Assembly (NCBI GenBank): GCA_002840635.1
Contig: PHBN01000002.1
Coordinates: 1 to 48,190 of the forward strand
Length of the DNA: 48,190 nt
From: Deltaproteobacteria bacterium HGW-Deltaproteobacteria-1
Lineage (GTDB): Bacteria > Desulfobacterota > Syntrophia > Syntrophales > Smithellaceae
Reading direction: 5' to 3'
The notes under the pieces were generated by a model that did no database searches, had not been told where the DNA came from, and saw only the letters and a list, made by a program, of their open reading frames with translations. The position numbers and the translations under genes are program-made. Each line of letters starts with the position of its first letter. The stretch's first letter is position 1. Of the stretch, positions 42,279 through 48,190 are shown one piece after another.

Positions 42279-43133
42279 GTGAAAAAGAGAATAATCATTG
42301 CCGTATTTGTGCTGCTTTTTGTCAGCGTGGGTCTGCTTGTTTACATCGGTCAGAAGAATAAAAAGCCCGGGGAATTGTTTTATTCAGGCACGATCGAAAC
42401 GACGCAGGCCAGATTGTCTTTTCAGGTTCCGGGACGGATTTCCATGGTGGACGTGCAGGAAGGTCAGGCCGTTAAAAAAGAACAGATCATCGCAGAGCTT
42501 GACACGGCGGAATTTGAATCTCGATATGAACAGGCCAGGGCCAATCTTGATCGGGCGCAGAAAGTGAAACAGCAGTTGGAAACGGCACTTGAAATCAGTA
42601 AAAATACCCTGCCCGCGGAGGTTTCCCGCGCGGAAGCCGCCCTGAAGAGCGCCAGAGATTCAATGATGGATGCCTCAAAAAATTACCGGCGCTTTGAAGA
42701 ATTGTTCCGCAAAGAGGTGGTTACGGAAAAAGAACGCGATACGCTGAAGCTGCAATATGATGTCGCAAAATCACGGGTTGTAGAAAGCGAATCGCTTCTC
42801 AGACTGGCCAGAGGAAACCTTGAAAGGATTGACGCGGCCAGAGATGACATCGCCACTGCAGCGGCTCAGATTGATGTGGCCAAAGCATCTCTGAGCCAGG
42901 CCGCTGTCCAGCTGGGGTACACGAAGCTGAAATCTCCGCTCGACGGGGTGGTTACCAGCCGTAATATCGAACCGGGGGAAACCGTCAATGTCGGGAGAGA
43001 AGTGATTACGATTTCCGATCTTCATCGGGTGGATTTGAAAATATTTGTGGATGAAACCGTGATCGGTAAAGTGAAACCCGGGCAAAAAGTTGAAGTGACC
43101 GTCCGGAAAGCCGGCAGCAGCTGGTGGAAGTGA
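42279..43133 (+). CDS. HlyD/YbhG-like membrane fusion protein (appears C-terminally short)
   Basis: GTG start with a GGAG ribosome-binding site, followed by an N-terminal TM helix. Also present are the lipoyl-like motif GRISMVDVQEGQAVKKEQIIAELD, a coiled-coil region, and YTKLKSPLDGVVTSRNIEPGE. Confidence 0.8.
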   Translation: MKKRIIIAVFVLLFVSVGLLVYIGQKNKKPGELFYSGTIETTQARLSFQVPGRISMVDVQEGQAVKKEQIIAELDTAEFESRYEQARANLDRAQKVKQQLETALEISKNTLPAEVSRAEAALKSARDSMMDASKNYRRFEELFRKEVVTEKERDTLKLQYDVAKSRVVESESLLRLARGNLERIDAARDDIATAAAQIDVAKASLSQAAVQLGYTKLKSPLDGVVTSRNIEPGETVNVGREVITISDLHRVDLKIFVDETVIGKVKPGQKVEVTVRKAGSSWWK

Positions 43134-43864
43134 AGAACCTTTCACACACGTTCAAGCTCGTTGAAGCGATCCGCAATATTTCATTTCGTGTGCCCGGTAA
43201 GAGTATTTTCGGGCTGGTTGGGTCCGATGGAGCCGGAAAGTCCACGGTTCTGCGGCTGATTGCCGGGATGATGAAACCGTCCAATGGCGAAATCATGATA
43301 GACGGTCTGTCCTCCGTTTCCGAGAGGCAAAAAATAAAGCACATCATCGGCTACATGCCCCAGCGATTCGGTCTTTACCAGGATCTGACCGTGGAAGAAA
43401 ATATGAATTTTTTTATGGACGTTTTCGGCATTCCGCACTCCGACAGGAAAAACCGCATGGAAAAATACCTGAGCTTTTCCAACCTTTTGCCTTTTACGGA
43501 CAGACTGGCCGGTGATCTTTCCGGTGGCATGAAACAGAAACTGGGCCTGGCCTGTGTTCTGGTTCATGAACCGCGCCTGCTGATTCTGGATGAGCCGACC
43601 AATGGTGTTGACCCGGTCTCCCGGCACGAATTCTGGGATATTCTGGACACTATGAAACAGGAGGGGATGACGCTTATCATTTCGACTGCCTATCTGGACG
43701 AAGGCGAAAAATGTGACCGTTTGGCCTTGATGCACGCCGGTGTCATTCTGGAGGAAAACTCACCCGACGCAATGCGGGGAATTCACCCGACACTGGAAGC
43801 GGCCATCATTGCGCGGATCACCGAAGTGGACAAGGAGCTTGTTCATGACGCCTTCTCCTTCTGA
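43124..43864 (+). CDS. ABC transporter ATP-binding protein (first of two)
   Basis: Walker A is GSDGAGKST, the signature is LSGGMKQKL and Walker B is LLILDEP. Confidence 0.9.
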   Translation: MEVKNLSHTFKLVEAIRNISFRVPGKSIFGLVGSDGAGKSTVLRLIAGMMKPSNGEIMIDGLSSVSERQKIKHIIGYMPQRFGLYQDLTVEENMNFFMDVFGIPHSDRKNRMEKYLSFSNLLPFTDRLAGDLSGGMKQKLGLACVLVHEPRLLILDEPTNGVDPVSRHEFWDILDTMKQEGMTLIISTAYLDEGEKCDRLALMHAGVILEENSPDAMRGIHPTLEAAIIARITEVDKELVHDAFSF

Positions 43865-44600
43865 ATCCATTTCGGTTTCTCAACTGGAAAAAAAATTCGG
43901 CAAATTTGTCGCCGTCAATAAAATCACGTTTTCAGTCAAAAAAGGAGAAATCTTCGGGTTCCTGGGCTCAAACGGATCCGGAAAATCAACGACTATACGC
44001 ATGCTATGCGGCATTATTACCCCCACATCCGGTACCGGTATGGTTGCCGGATATGACATGATCAGCCAGAGCGAAGAAATCAAGCAGGCCATCGGCTATA
44101 TGTCACAGAAGTTTTCCCTCTATGAAGATCTGACGCCTTACGAAAATGTGCGTTTCTATCTGGGAATATACAGCGTTCCGCAAGATCAATGGCCCGAACG
44201 CATCGACTGGATACTGAACATGACGCGCCTGCAGGATGTTCGCGATCGCCTCACGCGGGAATTGCCTCCGGGCTGGCGTCAGCGGCTGGCGCTGGGCTGC
44301 GCACTGTTGCATCGGCCGCAGATTCTGTTTCTGGACGAACCCACGTCCGGCGTTGATCCCATTACACGCCAGCACTTCTGGAATTTTATCAGGCGCATCG
44401 CGGCTGACGGTGTTACAGTCTTTGTCACCACGCATTACATGGATGAAGCCCTTTTTTGTGAACGCATTGTCATGATTAACTCGGGCACCATTGTAGCGTC
44501 AGGTTCTCCATCTGAAATTATCGCGGAGGCCTGCCCGGACATGCCTGACGCTGATCTGAACGATGCCTTCGTGTCGCTGATGAAGAGGATGCCGGAGTGA
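43845..44600 (+). CDS. ABC transporter ATP-binding protein (second of two)
   Basis: The start at 43845 (MTPSPSESISVSQLEKKFG) overlaps the previous gene by 20 nt. Walker A is GSNGSGKST and Walker B is ILFLDEP. Together the two ATPases resemble the two halves of E. coli YbhF. Confidence 0.9.
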   Translation: MTPSPSESISVSQLEKKFGKFVAVNKITFSVKKGEIFGFLGSNGSGKSTTIRMLCGIITPTSGTGMVAGYDMISQSEEIKQAIGYMSQKFSLYEDLTPYENVRFYLGIYSVPQDQWPERIDWILNMTRLQDVRDRLTRELPPGWRQRLALGCALLHRPQILFLDEPTSGVDPITRQHFWNFIRRIAADGVTVFVTTHYMDEALFCERIVMINSGTIVASGSPSEIIAEACPDMPDADLNDAFVSLMKRMPE

Positions 44601-45730
44601 ATCCCTTAAGATTGAAAGCCATTGTCCAGAAAGAATTTTACCACCTGATCCGCGATTACCGCAGCCTGTATCTGGCGTTTGCCATTCCGCTGATTCTGAT
44701 CATTCTTTTCGGTTATGCGCTGAGCCTGGACGTCGATCATATCAAAACCGTCGTGATTGACTATGACAAGACATGGCTGAGCCGCGATTTTACGACGAAA
44801 CTGGATGCATCTCCCTACTTTGACGTGGTGGCGAGACTTGATTCATCGCGGCAGGTCGCAGACTATATCGATCACGACAGAGCATCTGTGGCGATTCATA
44901 TTCCTCCTGATTTTATGAAAAATGCCGGAGCGGACCGGGATGCGCAGATGCAGATAATTATTGACGGCAGCGATCCGATCTTTGCCGGCGCCGTCCGGGG
45001 GTATTTGACGGCTTTCACCGAATCTTATAATTCAAAACTGCTTGTTTCTTTTCTCAACCGTCAGGGGCAGAGGGCCATCAAGGTTCCCGTGGAAGGCCGT
45101 ATCCGCATCTGGTTTAACGAAGATCTGGAGAGCCGCAATTTTATTATTCCGGGGATCATCGCCATTATCATCATGATTGTCGGCGCCATGCTGACGTCAC
45201 TGGTGATTGCGCGGGAATACGAGGATGGCACGATGGAGACGATCAAATCTCTGCCGATTCACGCCGGTGAATTTCTTCTGGGCAAGTCGATCCCTTATTT
45301 TTTCATCGGACTGGCCAATGTGCTGATTGCCATGCTGCTGGGGCAGCTTCTTTTCGGCATTGTGCTTAAGGGGAATTTCTGGCTGATGCTCATCGCCACA
45401 TCTTTGTATCTGCTCTGCGCGCTGTCTCTGGGGCTGTTTATTTCATCCGTGACCAAATCGCAATTAGTGGCCAATCAGGGAGCGGTTATGTTTACGTATT
45501 TGCCGTCACTGCTTTTGTCCAACTTTGTTTTCCCGATCATCAACATGCCGCAGGCGCTGCAGTGGGTGACGTATTTTGTTCCCGCAAGATACTATATCGA
45601 CATCCTGGTCGGCCTCTATCTGCGCGATACCGGTCTTGCCTACTTGGGACCAAACATGGTTGTCCTAGGCGGTATGTGCGTCGTCATGATCGGACTCAAT
45701 TATATTCTGCTGAAAAAGGAAGGTTTATGA
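44597..45730 (+). CDS. ABC-2 type transporter permease (YbhS/YbhR-like)
   Basis: The GTG start overlaps the upstream stop. The N-terminus is KEFYHLIRDYRSL, followed by a large periplasmic loop and then 5 TM helices. Confidence 0.9.
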   Translation: MNPLRLKAIVQKEFYHLIRDYRSLYLAFAIPLILIILFGYALSLDVDHIKTVVIDYDKTWLSRDFTTKLDASPYFDVVARLDSSRQVADYIDHDRASVAIHIPPDFMKNAGADRDAQMQIIIDGSDPIFAGAVRGYLTAFTESYNSKLLVSFLNRQGQRAIKVPVEGRIRIWFNEDLESRNFIIPGIIAIIIMIVGAMLTSLVIAREYEDGTMETIKSLPIHAGEFLLGKSIPYFFIGLANVLIAMLLGQLLFGIVLKGNFWLMLIATSLYLLCALSLGLFISSVTKSQLVANQGAVMFTYLPSLLLSNFVFPIINMPQALQWVTYFVPARYYIDILVGLYLRDTGLAYLGPNMVVLGGMCVVMIGLNYILLKKEGL

Positions 45731-46853
45731 GCTGGCCGAGGATTAGGGAATTAGTCCGCAAAGAATTTATTCAACTGCTGCGCGATAAGCGAAACCGTGT
45801 GATTCTCTTTGCGGCGCCAATCATCCAGATGCTGGTTTTTGGCTATGTGGTCAATTATGACATCCGGAATATCCGTGTGGCCGTTGTTGATTATTCACAC
45901 ACAATGGAAAGCCGGAAACTCATTGATGCCTTTGAAGGCAGCCACATCTTTTCAATCACCCATTTCCTGAATGACGAAAGGAAGTTTGAGGATCTGCTGC
46001 TCAGGGGCCAGGTGGACATGGGGATTAAAATTGCACCCGATTTCGCGGCGATCATCCGCAGGGGACAGACGGCCCCTGTCCAGATTGTCGCGGATGGTTC
46101 CATGAGCAACATGGCGGCATTGCGCATGGCCTATACGACGTCTGTACTCGATCAATTCAACCGCGGGATGCTCCGGGAACTTTATCCGCAGCATATGAGC
46201 TATGGCAGAATTGACGCGCGCATCCGCACCTGGTATAACCCGAATATCGAAAGTCAGCATTTCTTTGTCCCGGGGATTGTGGCGTTTGTCATCATGCTGA
46301 TTTCCCTGCTTTTGACATCCATTGCCATTATCCGTGAAAAAGAAGCGGGCACAATGGAGCAGATCATCGTCACCCCTTTGAAATCTTATGAATTTATTCT
46401 CGGGAAAACGATTCCCTATATCATTCTTTCTCTCTTGCAGTTGACGGTGGTCATTATCGTCGCCATCTACTGGTTTGAAATACCCCTGGCGGGAAGCATT
46501 CCGCTTTTGTTTTTTGCCGCCTGTTTGTTTCTGCTTGGCACTTTAGGCATCGGTCTGTTTATCTCGACGATTTCAAAGACACAGCAGCAGGCCATGATGA
46601 CGACGTTCTTTTTTATTCTTCCGTTCTTCATGCTCAGCGGTTTTGTTTTCCCGATTGCCAATATGCCGGACGTCGTTCAATGGCTTACCTACCTGAACCC
46701 GCTGAGGTATTTCCTGGTTATCCTGAGGGGCATTTTTCTCAAGGGCGTCGGGCTGGATGTTCTGTTCTCTGGCCTCAATATCTCCTGATGGCGGTTTTGG
46801 GTACGATCGTTTTTTCGGGTGCAATTGTCCGCTTCAAAAAACGTCTGGATTAG
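45727..46853 (+). pseudogene. ABC-2 type transporter permease (YbhR/YbhS-like) with a frameshift near the 3' end
   Basis: The ATG at 45727 overlaps the upstream stop (ATGA). The annotated frame stops at 46788. A tandem GTTCT-GTTCT occurs at 46759-46768. Removing one copy restores ...GLDVLWPQYLLMAVLGTIVFSGAIVRFKKRLD* ending at 46853, which parallels the C-terminus of the paralogue at 44597-45730. Confidence 0.7.
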
Positions 46854-46894
46854 TGTAAACATGGGTTAAAGGCGAAAGGCCTGAGGATGCGGGG

Positions 46895-47593
46895 ATGCTT
46901 AAAGTTATTGAAGATGAAAAACTGATTGCCAGATATGCGCGGCGGTTTGCGGGAACGTTCAGGCCGTTCACGGACGAAAAGATCAGGGTAAAGCTGGGGC
47001 ACCAGGGTGCGAGTTTCAGCGCGAAGGTTTCATGGTCAAAAAGACTCGGTATCTGGATATTTTCCCACTCGGCAAAAGATGTCCGCTACTGGAATGCGTT
47101 CGGTCTTGGCAAACCCCAAGTATCCGGCCACCTGCCGATAACAGCGGAAATCAATTTTCCGCGGGCGGGAATCGACCGGAAAACGGGTGCGGCTTTTGCC
47201 CGGGACGCATGGAACAATGTCTACGTAATACACCGGGGTAAAATTGGCGGCGGAAAAAAGGGTATCGGAAAGACCCTTTTTGAAGAAAACTATCGGGGTA
47301 ACTGGGCCTGGATGGAAGACGGAGATTCACTGGCGGAAGTTGCGGTGATCGGTGCGCTGCAGAGCCCACGTTTTGCCCTGCAGGCAGCCCATTTTGTCAG
47401 GAAAATTGAAAAACTCAAGTCGGCGGCATCGTTTTCTTCCCAGACGTCAATTAATTTTTCAGAGGCGGCATTTCATGAGGAGCTTGTCGGAAGTCCGCCC
47501 TCATCACCTCCGGATAATATTGCCGACGCCTGTGACCATGACTTGATTATCAGTCAGCTGGCTGCGCTTCTTCACCGCTGGAAATTTCGGTGA
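46895..47593 (+). CDS. hypothetical protein
   Basis: 232-aa ORF with GC content like the flanking core genes. No motif recognised. Confidence 0.55.
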   Translation: MLKVIEDEKLIARYARRFAGTFRPFTDEKIRVKLGHQGASFSAKVSWSKRLGIWIFSHSAKDVRYWNAFGLGKPQVSGHLPITAEINFPRAGIDRKTGAAFARDAWNNVYVIHRGKIGGGKKGIGKTLFEENYRGNWAWMEDGDSLAEVAVIGALQSPRFALQAAHFVRKIEKLKSAASFSSQTSINFSEAAFHEELVGSPPSSPPDNIADACDHDLIISQLAALLHRWKFR

Positions 47594-47799
47594 TGGCTGT
47601 GGCGGCAAAACTGCTTTTACAAAAAGCCGTCCAGGCAGGTCATCCCTCCGCCATCCTATTGTTGCCGGAAGACAAATTGGATCTGTATGCGCATCAAATG
47701 CAGCAGCTGCAAATTGACGTGCTCGGTTTTCGGGTGGAAGGTGAAAAAATAATTTTCCCGGATCTGGGAAGAATCAGGCATGAAACTATGCAGCAGTAA
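47590..47799 (+). CDS. hypothetical small protein (may be the C-terminal part of the preceding gene)
   Basis: 69-aa ORF overlapping the preceding stop by 4 nt. Confidence 0.3.
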   Translation: MMAVAAKLLLQKAVQAGHPSAILLLPEDKLDLYAHQMQQLQIDVLGFRVEGEKIIFPDLGRIRHETMQQ

Positions 47800-48058
47800 A
47801 AAAACAGAGGATAAAATTAAGGAAGCATCTATCAAATATTATTGACATCTTTATGGACGATAAAAGAAAATCATTCGCCACCAAACCCTAAGTAAATCTA
47901 TTATCTTTTTAAAATCATTTTGTTATGCAGACCCTGTCTTTCAAGGAAATCCTTTTTTTGCAAATATTTGCTTGTAAAGGCCATGGATATTTGGTTAATT
48001 ACGGAGTGAAGTTTTTAACCTTATTAAGCCGGGCAATGAAAAAAAATGAGGAGTATCT

Positions 48059-48190
48059 ATGGGCGAAGGCATAAATGATTGCACAAATAACATCGTTGAT
48101 CTGAGGCGACACATGTGGATGGATGGCGTCGAAGTGGAATTACGCCGGCTGATCTGGCAGATTGCGGTGGTGGGCAAGTACATCTCCGCA
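48059..48190 (+). CDS. fbp: probable class 1 fructose-1,6-bisphosphatase, N-terminal 44 codons (runs off the right edge)
   Basis: GAGGAG lies 7 nt upstream of the ATG at 48059. MGEGINDCTNNIVDLRRHMWMDGVEVELRRLIWQIAVVGKYISA resembles the FBPase class 1 N-terminus (L-x-R-H/F...L..L...I....K.IS). The fragment is short, so this is tentative. Confidence 0.4.
   Translation, partial: MGEGINDCTNNIVDLRRHMWMDGVEVELRRLIWQIAVVGKYISA

Noticed and set aside
43181-43735. 184-aa minus-strand ORF inside the first ABC ATPase gene
   Set aside because: It is antisense to a gene with Walker A, signature and Walker B motifs. This is a common long shadow ORF in moderately GC-rich coding DNA.
1-48190. tRNA or rRNA genes as island integration sites
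   Set aside because: I scanned for T-arm-like GGTTCGAATCC/GGTTCAAATCC motifs and their complements and found none in a plausible cloverleaf context. This was a manual scan only, so it cannot fully exclude a tRNA.

Overview
This window is mostly accessory DNA, with ordinary chromosome only at the right end. From left to right it contains nine blocks. (1) 1-453: the 5' part of an IS110-family transposase gene on the minus strand, open at the window edge. (2) About 809-10674: an integron-type gene-cassette array. About 12 plus-strand ORFs are each followed by an attC-like imperfect palindrome, giving 13 sites. No integrase or attI is visible. Cassettes include a HEPN-like protein, a TIR-domain protein, a PIN-like protein, a NERD/zinc-ribbon protein, lipoproteins and membrane proteins. 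(3) 12016-17833, minus strand: a Tn7-like transposition operon, tnsA-tnsB-tnsC(TniB-like)-tniQ/tnsD-like, with a divergent XRE-type regulator and about 1 kb of repeat-rich non-coding DNA to its right. There are no cas genes and no CRISPR array. (4) 19.8-23 kb: a cluster of antitoxin-like and regulator genes. (5) 23614-29574: a type I restriction-modification operon, hsdR-hsdM-hsdS. (6) 30245-31865: an HTH-ImmA/IrrE gene paired with a PIN-like gene. (7) About 31980-32105: a remnant of a tyrosine-recombinase C-terminus. (8) 32309-40910: the most interesting locus. It is a co-directional three-gene block encoding a SIR2-like protein, a 946-aa helical protein and a 1576-aa protein that combines a Mrr-like nuclease with a STAND NTPase. 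I cannot assign this arrangement to a named defence system. (9) 41.3-48.2 kb: apparently core DNA. It holds a TetR regulator plus a YbhGFSR-like MFP/ABC-2 exporter operon, whose last permease gene carries a 5-bp duplication frameshift. It also holds two hypothetical ORFs and the start of a probable fbp gene. All functional calls rest on motifs I read in the translations. No database search was possible.
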